Assembly (NCBI GenBank): GCA_037379345.1
Contig: CM074523.1
Coordinates: 25,512,995-25,576,994, forward strand
Direction of reading: 5' to 3'
DNA length: 64,000 nt
DNA from: Perna viridis
Taxonomy: Eukaryota
In this document: positions 13,269-27,269 of the stretch, piece by piece
How the letters are laid out: every line of letters starts with the position of its first letter
Position numbering within the stretch: position 1 is the first letter of the stretch
The notes under the pieces: generated by a model
What the model saw: only the letters and a program-made list of their open reading frames with translations
What the model was told of the DNA's origin: nothing
Databases searched by the model: none
Position numbers and translations under genes: made by a program

Positions 13269-13904
13269 GTATTTTACAATATAAGTTTTATAGATTCGTT
13301 TTTTTTACAACATAGGTACATTCGGAATTTGATCATTAGATAAATACAATATAATCGAGATTATAAAACATTTAGTGAATTTTTTACAATATGAGTTCAT
13401 CTCATACGGGTATTCTATAATATATTGTATTAACAAGATCAGACATAAAGCTAAATATTTTGGTCTGATTTGTAATAAATGTTCTCTTGTCACGTCCGTC
13501 CGATGTCATACCATAAGACTAAGAAAACAATACAGATAACCCCGAAATCACGGTAATTTGACTGTATTTTTTTTATTCCCCTCCTGAGTTTGGAGTTTAG
13601 TGGTTGTCCTGACAACCATATATTTATCTTGGTACTCTTCAATTGTTTGTCTGTCAACAGAATACCCCATGTCAAAATTTTGATGAACATAACGGTTTTG
13701 GAGATATATGCAACATTTCTGTTTGACCCCTACGTTCTATTTGTTAGTTACGGTGGCCATATTTTTTATAGATAAAAATACCCAATAAGTTTGGTTCTCA
13801 AGTAGTTTCAGATCAAATGATTTTTGAAAAAAGGGCTGTCAACCCCCTGCACCCCCTTCTGGATCAGCTGCTGGCAATATTGTGTTTTATCCATTTATAT
13901 GTAG

Positions 13905-14045
<141 letters not shown>

Positions 14046-15495
14046 TGAAAATTAGACCATTTATAAAAGAATCTCATGGAGAAGATTTGAAGCTCTAGGA
14101 TGGAATATAATAGTAAAAGGTAAGAGTTTCAAGAAAGGAATTCCACGGAAAATAGAAGCTGTATTTTGCAACCCAGTGGGAATGATGATCATGAGAGGTT
14201 TCAAAATTGAATCGTAGGACACGATAATAGTTTCGAGAATATAATTCGGTGGAAGAGTTAAGAATGCAGCCTCACGCGAACATAAGATTTTCCCGAATGA
14301 AATTCAAAGGAAGAGGTTAAAATATTCATAATGGGAACCAATGAATTAAGAGGCTCCAGAATGGAATCGCAATGGTAGCGATACTATTTCCATAATCTCA
14401 AAATAAAGGTAAAAGTTTTAAGAAAAAGATTCCCTTTACAATTTCAGAATTTTGATGTAAATTGTGTACAAGTCTTGCAATACAAGTAGTTTTAAAAAGC
14501 GACGTCCCAAGACGTCAATGCATCAATCAATATTAGTTAGGAACAATCTCATTGGTTGGTTCTCTTTAATTAAACTAGGTTTTTTATATAACCTGGCTTG
14601 TTACCATGACGCCATTAACGTCGATTGGCCCACATATGACGTTTTAATTACTTATCAATTATAAAAATTTGGACTGTGAATACCATAATATCTTTTACGT
14701 AGAAAAGTGTTAGACACCTATTCCAATTATTTTCATTTCGATTTGTTTAGTAGCACTAATGGTTGAAACTTAAGATCTCCTAATGAGATCAAACATAGAC
14801 TATTCTGCATTACAGTTCAAAGGGAAATACGATTTATTGTAACGTTGTTATTGGGGATTAGTTAATAAGTCTCTAACAACTCATGCAGAAATCGTGACAT
14901 CCATAATGCTTAGTTAATACATATATAACGTACGGGAAATTCAAGAATCATCGGGTAAGAGCACTAAGGCTAATAGCCGTACCATAGGATGATTGTAGTC
15001 TGGAGATTAGTTCAAGGATTTCAAGGTAGATCTCCACAAAAACAACAAAACTACTTAATTTCAGAAAAATAAAACAAAATCAAAATAACACGAATAAACA
15101 AAAATATAAAAAAAAACAACCGGAAGCAACACGTAATCTGTTTTACTTCCGCTAAATATGCCACGTGAGCTCAATGGTTGATTTACTGCCGTTTCACTGG
15201 AAGCTCAATGAAAAAAATTAAGTAATGAACACATATCTATGATAGGGACTAATAAGGTCAATGAAGAACAGTAATCCGGGTCGAAATCCATCGGACAGTT
15301 GCTCGATTCAAATGTTTCATTTTTCTTCATATGCAGTTTTTACAGAGAAAACTGTGAATTAGGAAGAGGGTCCTACCCCAGAAACAACGTCTAGATTCAG
15401 CTAAAGTTTCATAGCCAAAATTACAGTGTAAAGGGCTTTTTGATAAGGTGATCATCTTTTTGACAATCTTATTCATACTGTAGCCTTCTTTTCAG

Positions 15496-15587
15496 CTATG
15501 CGAATTCACGTAAGTCCGAGCTCTAGGGAGTTATTACAGAATTGTGATGAGTTCCATCTACAGAGCCGAGGAGAGATAGAAATTAAA
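15496..15587 (+). CDS. Guanylyl cyclase exon (MRIHVS..RGEIEIK)
   Basis: tcAG/GTGAGT, phase 1-0. Confidence 0.94.
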
Positions 15588-17540
15588 GTGAGTTGATATT
15601 GTTGAAATTGTTTGTCATATCGTATTTCATACAGCGATGTCATTGTGAAAAAAAAAACGAAATTTACATCGAGAAAGAATTGAAAAGTTTTTAGTCGTCA
15701 AAATTCGTATATGGTCGTGAGCAAGGAGTTAAATATATTAGATGCTTTATATAAATCCTTGTCGTGAGTTATGACATCCCAATTCATTTCATTTCAAGAG
15801 TCAATGTGAAGTTATTATAAATTTTTAAACAGTACAAGATAAATAATTACATTATAAATATTGACTGATCTTTAATTACATCGCCGATGAAGTATTATGG
15901 GAGATGTTTTCCCCTTAAAAAATCAATTTTGTCATCATTATAAAGATACACTTCTTTTTAGGATAAACAAATATCAGCTTAAAATGTTTCATATATTATC
16001 ATTTATCTATATGTGTGCCCATTCATTCGTCAGACGTACGTTTCATCTGTATCATAGACCTGTAATTAAAGAGATTTGCAACTATCTGAAATCTCAAAAT
16101 AACACGCGGCGGGGAACGAGATCTCATACGTAATCGACAATGACAACTTGACTTTAAATGATCATTACTTAAAAAAAGTATTGCGAATATTGAAATAAAA
16201 CTTTCAGTTTCCCATTCCATGATATCTAAGCTTCATGTTCACTCATACCACATTTTCATCTACCAAAACAAACAAAAACGAAGTATTGAAAACAAGTGAC
16301 CTACCCCCAATTTTTACGAACATGACAATAATTAAGAATTAATTCTTTTTTTTCCATAATTGCCTATCACATTTTTGTTTGTTTTAAAGATAAATGAATA
16401 AAACCTTCAGTTCTCCAATATTCTTCGTCTTCGTGATTTTATTACAGATCATTTCATCGAAAGGGGAAACGGCAGTTTAATGAATAAGTGGTAAGGTCAG
16501 GGAATCTCGTTCTCTGTCGCTAGTTAATTTTATTGACAAACTAGCTAATTAAGAAGTTTCTTATCTGTTTAGTTATAAGTCTTTGTCTGTATCTATTTAT
16601 CAATACTTCTAAATAAAAATGTCCACTTTATCGCAACTTCTATTGAAGTGTCTCCGTTTATCGAACTAGAACATGCTGAGAGAGCATGGTACGTCATGAT
16701 GATGATTATAACGGCCTTGAACACCAATAAAGGCCTCACTCTTCCACAGACGTACTTCCAAGACAGTTAGAGTGGAGAAACGCTTCCAGACCAACGTAAG
16801 GTCTTGGGGTAGACCAGAGCGTGTTTACAGCAGCCCAACCGCTAGTAGGACATACAGTGACCGAATTCTTCGGTCAGGTATCCCGAAGGCTGGGCTCCGC
16901 CACCAACACTAGTGGGTTCTACTAACCCACTAACATCGACCGTGAGAGGCCTGTATTAGTATTCAAGGTCGTTATCCCCATCCTTATTAATACAGGCCTC
17001 ACACGGTTAATCTGGTTCCTGCATTGGTTCCTTGGTCAATATCATAAGCGATCCTAAGTTTGCTACAACGTATATTTTAAAAATATATCATCCAAATGTC
17101 TATGCGTGATTTTCGCTTGTATTCGGATGTTGAAAGTAAGCCAAAATTAGTGACAGTGAATAATTGACGTTTAGTAACTTTGAAGACTTCAGTCTTTGAT
17201 TTTACACTAGGAATCACCCCTACCGTTGGCAGTGTTCGACTTTTATATGGACTGATATTAACAAGCTCCACGCAGCGGCAGACATCCGTTTCCTCTCTTA
17301 CTAACCACTGCAGACAGGCCTTCCGAAATATCGGGCGTAATTAAGAACCATTCTGTGTAAGAATCAGGCAATGGGTAGCACATCATTTTCCCCAATTTAG
17401 TCATTTTTGCCTAAAATATATTCAGTACATCTAGAAACAACCAAAAAGCTATATATTTAAGTTCATACTGAAGGATCTGTGATGTAAATATTTTTTGACT
17501 GCTTAATTTTAATTCCACTTAAACATTGCAAATACTTCAG

Positions 17541-17933
17541 GGCAAAGGCAAAATGATAACATACTGGCTGACTGGGGCTGGAACTCCAGGTTCAATTAAT
17601 CAAAGTCCCGACAGGAAATCTTGGACAGAACGAGATGAAGATGAGGACGTGACAACAGCAAATGAACCGAGCTCTTTTCGACTGAACAGCCAGTTCGCAG
17701 AGTCAGAGGAAGGAGTGGAACCATCAGCAGATTCGAGTCCATACCGGATGCGAGGGCAATCCATTCAGTCAGACGATAGACCAGTAATGGAATCGAGTCC
17801 ATACCGGATGGGTAGTAAATCCATTCAGTCAGACGATAAACCAATAATGGAATCGAGTCCATACCGGATGCGTGGTCAATCCATCGAGTCAGAAGATGCA
17901 AGGGAAACAATGACATGTCCAAATGATTTTTGA
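17541..17933 (+). CDS. Guanylyl cyclase terminal exon (GKGKMITYWL plus ~120-aa acidic/repetitive tail, TGA)
   Basis: tcAG acceptor, phase 0, open to TGA at 17931-17933. Confidence 0.92.
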   Translation, partial: GKGKMITYWLTGAGTPGSINQSPDRKSWTERDEDEDVTTANEPSSFRLNSQFAESEEGVEPSADSSPYRMRGQSIQSDDRPVMESSPYRMGSKSIQSDDKPIMESSPYRMRGQSIESEDARETMTCPNDF

Positions 17934-20441
17934 CTTTTTTTTTTAAACTTATCAAATTGAATATGGTAACAGGGACTTTATTTTACATCTTAACATACAC
18001 TCCTTGATGGTTTAAAAAGACGAAGAACAGAAAATAAAATAAAAAATAATATGCATAAAATGTTAAATCTTATGTAAGAAGGAAACAGACAGACCCAATG
18101 AAAAGGTATGAAAGAGAGCAGTTCAAATTGGAATAGGATTAAGTGTCAGTCCCTGTAAGAATCAGGCAGTAGTTGAAACATGGTATGGGAAAAAATCATT
18201 TTGATAGTGTAATTTGACTATTTGACCATCGGAATTAAGAAAAAAAATACATTATTTATTATGTTGGTGCATTTAGTTATAATTTCATTGAAATGCACTG
18301 AAAATGAACATTTCAAGGACAGATAACTGTCAAAAACCTTATTTTTCTAAGATTCTATTGAAAAATTTCTGTGCAAAGCCAGTGATGTAGAGTTTAAAAA
18401 ATGGTCTTTACAAATAAAGAAAGTATCTTTCAATGATATTACATTGTCAGATCAGCAGTTTTGACATGCATGTTTCTAATTTTTTTCCATTTTGCCTGAT
18501 TCTTACAAATACTTACATTTAAATGGTTTTCTCCTTATTCTGTAAGACCGCCATTTCTAATTTAAATATATTTTTGTTTCAGTTGTGTTTTGTATTACTT
18601 ATATTATGTGTGTTGTAATTAAAATATGAGTCTTTATTAATTATTTTTTTTTGTTATGGTCTGTTATCTCAACTGTAAACCTATTTAGAACAAACAGGCT
18701 CTGTTCAAACTATTGTCAAGTCAGAACTATCACTAACACAAAAAAATCCAGCTAGTACATAGATGGATCCAAGGGGGAGTGGCCAAAACTGGACCCCCCT
18801 GCCAGTTAGAGCCCCTCTTTTAAATTTCTGGATCTCTCACAGCAGGGGAAAGGTCCTCTATTCCTTACATATTAACAACAGTAAAAACGTGATGTTTTTT
18901 TAATGAAAATTACATACATTTAAACATAAATAACAATATTATAAAAGTGTATGTAAAAACAAAAAAACAATTATGGCATCAATTTTACTCCACAAAAAAA
19001 CATACAAATCATGACATTTCTTTACATTTAGAGTGTTATATTGTAAGCACTTATATAAAAAGCAAAATAAAACGAGGCAATGAAAACGCAATAAATTTGT
19101 AGATCAAGTATTTATGTGCTGTATATGTAAGAATCAGGCAAATAAAAAATAATGGATTATGTTCAGAAAAAAAGTCAAACACGAATTTAACGATGTGGGC
19201 ACATAGTTTATGGTCTACTGAAGTTGAATTCACAGTTCATTGGTCATAAGATGCATAGGATACAGTTTATGGTTATGTTAGACTGATGGGGAAAAGTGAG
19301 TTATCTCCCTTTGATGACGAAATAGCAATTAATACATCAAATTACAGTCACTTAAAAAAAATGAATGGCTTTTTTGGAATTTCGGATAACATTTGAAAGA
19401 AGATCTCATGGAAAGAATTTTTCCCACCATGATACTCCCTGATTATTACAGAGGATAGACCTAGGGTAAGGGACATAACTCTTGAAATCAGTGATATGTT
19501 TGTATCATACTTAATTTCACCAAAGCCTATCAAGCTTTCTTTGGAAACAGATTACAAACAATCCAAGTTACTTTGATGCTTGCATGAGATTGATGTTGAA
19601 TTCAAATGTTCCAATGGTTTGTAAGAGTTGTGTTCCTTACCATAGGTCTATCTTCTAAGTCCTGTCTAAGGCATTTAAATGGTCAAGTATTTAAGTTGAT
19701 TAAAATTGTCTTTTTTCATGAAATTCACGACTAATCCATAGTTGCATAATTTTTTTTTATTCTAACTTCTTGTCAACGATTATCATTTAGTTTTAATGCT
19801 TTAAAATGGGACATTGAATATAATATATAAAAATGAAAACTACAAAATCATGTGTTGTAAATTCATACTGAATCCCTGAAATTAAAACTCCTACTCAAAA
19901 AGCTTCTATATTCAAAATAAACTAACAAAGCTCCAAGTTTTGCTCTTCAAGGAGAAAAAAAAACTTTTTTGTAATCGAAAGACTAATAAATAATAATCTC
20001 TATCATATTCCATCAGCTAGGTATTGAAGGCTTGAAAAGAGTGTAGAAATATTTATTTATCTAATCATATTCATGCCAACAAAGTTTGGTAAAGTGTCAT
20101 ACACTTGTATTACCATGACAACAGCGGTGTTAGTAGTGGTATAAACCATTGATAAAAGAGATCAGTTTAGTATTGAAAGTGGTACCACAAATGCCATCAG
20201 ATGTTGGTTCTTGGTTGATTTAAGGAGGTTGACCTAGGGTAAGGGACATAACTCTTACAAATCATTGGAACGTTTGTGTAAATCATTTTACTTCAATCTC
20301 ATCTAAGCATCAAAGTAACTTTGATTTATTTCATTCCATTTCAAATCAAAGCTTGATAGACTTTGATGAAATTGAATATGATGCAAACATATCACTGATT
20401 TCAAGAGATGTCCTTTGGCAAATTCTCTCATTTTTTCATTA

Positions 20442-20609
20442 TTATACTCTAGCAGACATTAATTGGTTCAATGTTATAGGTGGCACTATCATACTAGATG
20501 TCCGTGATAACTGGGTTATTTCCTTTGGTAATTTTAGTCTTTCTGGTAATGCCTTTTTCACTTCTATTTGTGGCAATGGTTGATCTTTTGAATGATCATC
20601 ATTCTTTAC
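20442..20609 (-). CDS. Gene 2 terminal exon (VKNDDHSKDQPLPQIE..MSARV*)
   Basis: poly-T cAG acceptor, phase 0, TAA stop. Confidence 0.8.
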   Translation of the reverse strand, partial: VKNDDHSKDQPLPQIEVKKALPERLKLPKEITQLSRTSSMIVPPITLNQLMSARV

Positions 20610-21379
20610 CTGAAAAAAAAAAAATAATACACTCATGTGATATTTTTATTGCATAGCTATTGCATCTCAAACGAACATGTAATTATTACATGAATATTGG
20701 GGAGTGTAGTTTTAAAAAGAAATATTTATTGCAGGAGCTTGTGCAAATGCAATAGTATTGTCATGTACAACAATTAGATTTCCCCAATGTAGTTGAAACT
20801 TCATTTTTACGGTGTAGCAAAAGTTCAGTTATGTCTTTTAGCTACCAAGGACATCATGAATTTATACTGGTGCATTATGAGAATGAGTTGCCAGTGGTTT
20901 GATAATTTTTTTTTTATTGGTGGTTGGGGGGGGGGGGGGTCTTTTACATTTTGCGTCCCCCTTCCCATGTAAATTTAAATGGAACAGCCCTAAGCAGTAG
21001 ATATTTGATTAAACTTTCATTAACAATGTAAACATAAACTAAGTGTTATAAGAGCTAATTAATTTGCAACATCTTTGCTTTTTTTGATAACTCATTTATC
21101 ATTTATAATTTCACACATTTAATAACAACCAACACCTTTTAATACATTTAACATGCCTTTATATATATTTGAATGAACTATAGAGGTATGTTTCAGGATT
21201 TCAGTGAAATGTTAACAAGTGAATCATGCAACTGTAAATATTTCTAGTTTAGGAAAGTAGTGTCAACAATCTAGATGACACTAGATTCATTCATGAATAT
21301 ACATCATGCAAAAGTTGTGCAGTGTTGTAATTTATTTTCAAATCAAATGTTTATCAACATAATAACTAAAGAACCTTAG

Positions 21380-22030
21380 TGAGTGTAATTTCGGTAAAAA
21401 TCATCGTAGCAGAACCAACTACAAACTTGTCTTGTAACTTATCATAGTGAATTTATATACTAAAAATTACGTCAATATCTGTAAGCGTTTAGAAAAAAAG
21501 TCCAGAAAACTGTAATTTCTATGAATTTTGCTAAGTTCAAGGCCCGTAATTTCTGTAAAAATCATCAGAGCAAAACTAAAATTGACCCTGATATGTAACT
21601 TATCATGGTGAACTCATACATCATAAATCATGTATGTCAATATCTGCAAGCATTTAGAAAAAAAGTTCGGAAAACGTTTTTTTTCCCTCGTGAATTTTGC
21701 TAAGTTCAAGGTCCATAATTTCAGTAAAAATCATCAAAGCAGAATGAAACGTAAACTTGACCTGTAACTTATCCTGATGAACTTAAATACCTAAAACAAT
21801 GTCAATATCTGCAAGCATTTAGAAAAAAAGTCCAGAAAACTGTTATTTCTGTGAATTTTGCTAAGTTCAAGGCCGGAAAAGAATCATTGGAGCAGAGCGA
21901 AAGTTAAACTTGACCTGTAACTTATCATATATACGAAAAATTATGTCAATATCTGCAAGCGTTTTAAAAAAAGTCTGGAACACTGAAGATAGACTGACGG
22001 ACTGATGGACGGGTCAAAAACATTATGTCT
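21380..22030 (+). mobile_element. Helentron-type element with ~4 x 160-170 bp satellite core and GACG/GACT tail
   Basis: taatttc.gtaaaaatcat recurs at about 21385, 21546 and 21716, with a degenerate copy near 21880; gactgacggactgatggacgg tail. Confidence 0.7.
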
Positions 22031-22035
22031 ACACG

Positions 22036-22245
22036 TACTGTGAAAGTACTTTAGTTCGTGGATACCAATTTCCGTGGATTAGGGAAGAAAGAGAAATTTG
22101 TGGATTCTTGAATTCATGGTTTTGAGGATTTCATTACAAAGATCAACGAGAATCTCATTTTCATTGAGAACCTATTGTCGTGTTTTGGTCTATCCACAAA
22201 AACCACGAAAATTGGTACTCCATGAACAATAGTACTTTGACAGTA
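22036..22245. mobile_element. MITE family C (TA|CTGTGAAAGTAC..; Tc1/mariner-like). Copies at 28590-28750, 29461-29670, 56792-56960, 61718-61896
   Basis: About 45-bp TIRs with TA flanks. Confidence 0.7.
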
Positions 22246-22727
22246 CTTGGTAGTTTCAGGTCAAAGGAATAAAAAATGGGTTTCAATAGCACATTAAATG
22301 ATATCCAACACATACAGTTCCTGAACCAAGTATTTAACGGATCAATGACCAATGATTGATTGATTGCTGACAGATCAATACCTGAAAATAGGTGACCAAT
22401 CTGATTATATTTTTGTTATGTAAACAATTAAGGATAATTGGTTGTGTAAATATCAGAATTTTGATCAGAACAAATCAAACTAATTGCCCTATTAAATTTA
22501 GTTTTCGGCTAAAATAATAAATCAACATTTTGTATTTCATTAAAAATAGTAAATTTAAACTACAAAAATATCACTTAATGTCCCAATTTGTATTATTTAT
22601 TAATTTTGTGAAAAAATGGACAACTGAAACAAACAAATCTGTAAAATATAATAACTGATCATCAGTCATGTGATGTAAAATGGAAGCAATCACCAGTTTA
22701 ACGGATCAGATTGAGGGATTGATGACG

Positions 22728-23250
22728 GATTGAAAGTTAATATCTATGGCAAGGAAATGGTTACATCCCTTTTAAATAATTGACTGAAGTTAACATTTAA
22801 GGCAAGGAAATGTACAAATCCCTTTCATATAATTGACTGAAGTTAACATCTTTCGCAAGGAAATGTTCACATCCCTTTTAAATAATTGACTGAAGTTAAT
22901 ATCTATGGCAAGTAAATGTTCACATCCCTTTCAAATGATTGACAGAAGCTAATATTTAAAGCAAGGAAATGTTCACATCCCTTTCATATAATTGATTGAA
23001 GTTAACATCTTTGGCAAGGAAATGTTCACATCCCTTTCATATAATTGACTGAAGTTAACATCTTTGGCAAGGAAATGTTCACATCCCTTTTAAATAATTG
23101 ACTGAAGTTAATATCTATGGCAAGTAAATGTTCACATCCCTTTCAAGTAATTGACAGAAGTTAACATCTTTGGCAAGGAAATGGTCACATCCCTTTCAAA
23201 TAATTGACAGAAGCTAATATCTATGAGAAGGAAATGGTTACATCCCTTTT
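22728..23250. repeat. Minisatellite, 53-bp unit, ~9.5 copies
   Basis: ggcaaggaaatgttcacatccctttcaaataattgactgaagttaacatcttt. Confidence 0.95.
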
Positions 23251-25082
23251 ATGTGATTCATGATTAAAGGCAGTTTAACAGACATAGCCTATATTTCCCA
23301 TTCTAAATGTAAACTCTATTTATGAGTAATTCACGGTTTAAGCTTATGCTATTCTGGGCTACCTTGTATCCACAGAGATGTCAAAGTCAGAAGTAAATAT
23401 ACAGTAAAAAAGAGTCCTAACGGTAAAATCAGGATTTGAAATAGAGGAAATCCACTAAAAAACAGAAGAAATCATCCCTGTATCCAAGACATTTCTTCGC
23501 CATCCATGTAGTGTACAATCATTCATTTCTAATATATTGTGATTCATGCATATACTGTTTGTGTAAACTTCACTTAAGCTGTCATAAAAAAGGGATGCAG
23601 CTCTGAAATGCCTGAGTTACTTTACCCATTAACGATGATGTTAACGTTCCGTAAATAGTTTGATATCTACAATTACAATCGAATTTGTTGCAATGAATCA
23701 ATTTTAACGAAATGAAGAACTTCCCTACAAACCTGTATTCATTATCAGAAAATATGTACAGTAAAAATCTTGTCAACAATTCATTTTCTACACAAAAAGC
23801 ATCTTCAATACTATTTTTTTACTTTTACATCAATCCAAGGGCTCTACATTAAAATTTTGTTACATCTTAAGATGTCATACAACAAATGCCACTTTGAAAA
23901 AACTAATTTTAAGAAATAAATGAAATGAAAAATTGGAAGCCATTGGAAGAGAGCAATTGAAATATATAATGAGACTAAGAAAATGTTTCCTAAATATTCT
24001 CCCATTAAACTTTGTACACAAGATTAACGATAAACTGTAACACCAAAGCACAAGATGACTGGCAGCCTCACCTCCTGCCTTTTTGGCATTTAAGGTTAAT
24101 CAAAAACCAAAGCACATAATGATTGGCAGCCCATCCCCATGCCTTTTTGGCATTTAAGGTTGATTAACTCTGAAATCAACCAGAAAAACTGTGAGCACAA
24201 CTTACTAAAGGAGATCCCATCTCCTAATACCAGTAACAATAAATAAATATAAACAAAGACCTAAAACAGGAATTTAATGTCACTTCAGATTGAAATAAAG
24301 GAGGTAGACCTAGGGTAAGGGACAAAACTCCTAGAAATGATTGGAATGTTTGTATTCAGTATTTGACATCAATATCATGTAAGCATCAAAGTAATTTGGA
24401 CTGATTTCATTCTGTTTCAAATGAAAGCTTGATAAGCTTTGGTGAAATTAATATGATACAAACATATCAATGATTTCAAGAGTTATGTCCCTTAGGTCTA
24501 CATCCTTAACATATAAATAAAATATGCCAAAATATTAAGCGGTTGTGATAAGTAGTTGCCTTGAAAACTGTGAAGAAATAGTTGTGTATGGACAGACATA
24601 CTGTACACCATGATCACTATATACCTCCCACAAAGCACAGGTTATAAAAATAGAATAATAGTATGAAACAAAATTTGAAGTCCCTCCTGACTTTTCCAGT
24701 GTTGTTTTTTTTTAATTTATATACACAATCAAAACATTTTCATGTAAATTTCACAAGTTTTTCATCTGAACCAAGTTCAGTAAATAAATTCTCTGACCAA
24801 GTTTACATGAAGAGACACAAAAAAAATAATAAAACCTTCAAATAAAATTCTCCTGAAAATCTGGTGAAATGAATTTCGTGTGAAAAATACACCAGTTTCC
24901 TGATGAATTCATATGATTTTTATGTGCAGCTTGATACAACAAATAAATCTCATGTGAAATGTTCTTGTTTGTTTTCAGTGTGTGAGCAGAATGGTAGCCA
25001 CCAAGATATAATGAAACGTTCTCTGAAAAAAAAACAAAAAAAATTTTTTTTAAAAACCAGGCATATAATAACTTGTACTTAC

Positions 25083-25269
25083 TGAGGTATAATTTTGCAT
25101 CTTTTTCTTCACCAATGTATAGTATTTGCAATAATTATCATGTTCTTTCTTGATGTATGGAATACTGATTCTTGATTCTTTTGGTGGCGGCGGTGGGATA
25201 GGATAGTCCCATTGAAAGTCTGGTGTAGGAATTGCTCCTGGTATATCAGGAAATTGTTCCGTATCAGAC
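25083..25269 (-). CDS. Gene 2 exon (SDTEQFPDIPG..YPIPPPPPKE..YCKYYTLVKKKMQNYTS)
   Basis: tgtAG/GTAAGT, phase 2-0. Confidence 0.85.
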
Positions 25270-25339
25270 CTACAAGAAAAGAGGGAAAAGTTTTCCTAAT
25301 AAATTGTTAACTAAATGCAGCCAATTTTTATAATATTAG

Positions 25340-26213
25340 AACAAGAGGCTCCCAGGAGCCTGAATCGCTCACCTTGTTGAATTTTGCCTTTCAAAAGCAA
25401 TAAAGTAAACAAGAAGCTGTCCAACAATTTTGACTCAAGACGTCTTTGGTAGGACTATCACAAGATCTTTTCAACAACTGAAAGTTTCTTTTAATCTATC
25501 GTAGTATTCAAGATATTGTCTGAAAACTATTAAAAAAAAGTCATTTTCCCCCTTTCAAAGTACAATAACTCTTACAAGGAGTCTGAAGACTTTTGTAGTC
25601 TAATAATATGGATCATTTCAGCTATTGAAAGAATTTGGATAAACCTAACGGTTTTGGAGATACATCTGAAAAACTACTGTCTGACCCCTATGTTCTATTT
25701 TTAGTAACAGTGGCCATGTTTTTCAACAAATCAAAAATCCCTACATCAGTTCTATACAGTATACCCAAGGGAACATTCATACCATTTTGGTTTCAATTGG
25801 TCAAATAGTGTCAAAGGAGAAGATTTTTGAAAGAAATAACATTAAAAATAGCAAAAATCATTGAAAAAGGGCAATAACTCCAACCTGGCTTAACAGATTA
25901 AAATAAAATTTGACCAGAGATAGATCTCAACATTATGAACACTTTTACCCAAGTCATAATTCAGCTAAACCTAACAGTTTAGGAGATATATGTGAAAACT
26001 ACTGTCTGACCCCTATGTTCTATTTTTAGTAAGACGAATCAAAAATCCCCACATCAATTCTATGTATGATACCCCAAGGAACATTCATACCAAGTTTGGT
26101 TCTAATAGGTCAAGTAGTTTCAGAAGAGAAGAGTTTTGTATAATTGTTAATGACGACGACGGACGCTAAGTGATGGCAATAGCTTGCATGGCCTTTGGCC
26201 AGGTGAGCTAAAA
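25340..26213 (+). mobile_element. Helentron/pearl-like non-autonomous element with ~330-bp internal duplication
   Basis: Starts aacaagagg..gctcacc, ends (gac)n..ggcctttggcc-aggtgagctaaaa; subterminal inverted repeat gctcacc/ggtgagc; related fragment at 13690-13830. Confidence 0.75.
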
Positions 26214-26769
26214 AGATCATTCAAATTTTAATGGTCTACATAAGGGTGTTGTTCTAGAGGACCAAATATTAAGTGTAAGTGTTTGTAAGAATCAGGGATG
26301 CTTTCTCTATTTGAAAAGACTATTACTTGATCTGTGCATCATTGGATTTGCTCAGAAATTATTCAATAGAATCTTAGAAAAATGCGGTTTTTGATAGTTA
26401 TCTGCCCTTGAAATGTTCATTTTCATTGCATTTCAATGATATTGTAACTCAATGGTCCAACATGATTTAGAAAATCTTGTCTGTTTTCCTTGATTCTGAA
26501 GGTGCAAATAGTCAAATTACACTATCAGAATGATGGGTTTGTTCATACCTTGTTTCACCTACTGCATTATTCTTACAGGGACTAACAATTAAGGGTCATG
26601 TTGAAAATTTACATAGAAAATATTTGCATAAATGACAAAATAGATTTCCACATGCCAAAAGACTAACATACACATCCAACAATGATATAAACTCTATTCT
26701 GATCTCATATGCCAGTTGCTTTTTCATAAAACCTCATATGTTCTATATTTATACTTCCTACTTCATTAC

Positions 26770-26970
26770 CTTGTTGATCTACCATACTTTTCTACAATCC
26801 TTGGTAACCGTTTCTTTGAAGGATAATCAATCACAGTGCTGCCACCTAGTGTTGAAGTAACATCAGATAAGGGGGAGTAACGATCAGTATAAGGTGTTCG
26901 TTGAAGTGGAACAGGAATGGAGGTGGTCCATTGCATCTCAAGTATTCCAAACTTTGCCTGGCCTTTGTCT
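26770..26970 (-). CDS. Gene 2 exon (DKGQAKFGILEMQWTT..KRLPRIVEKYGRST)
   Basis: aacAG/GTAATG, phase 2-2. Confidence 0.85.
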
Positions 26971-27269
26971 CTGTTAAAAAAGAGTTGCAGCTTTATATCA
27001 TATGAATGAATCAATGACAGATCCAAAGGGGGGCTCCCCCCCTTATGACATTCATTAAATTGAATATATTTTATCATTTGAAAATATTAAATAATTGAAG
27101 TTTGTTCTTGTCTGCAATAACATATATCTCCCCCTGTCCTGCAAACTGGATCCACTTGCAGTATCCACCACATCCACTGAGCAGCTTCACAAAATTCTGT
27201 TAAGAGGCTGGAATGAAGTTGCGCTGATATGTTCAGTAGTTTCAGAGAATTCAAAGAATTTGAACTGAC

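Noticed and set aside
17596-17955. Antisense ORF with repeats (also 54267-55010 and 59899-60261 on +)
   Set aside because: Shadow ORFs opposite real or probable coding sequence.
22728-23250. Regular repeats as a CRISPR array
   Set aside because: Contiguous units with no unique spacers, in eukaryotic intron DNA; the same applies to 34050-35062.
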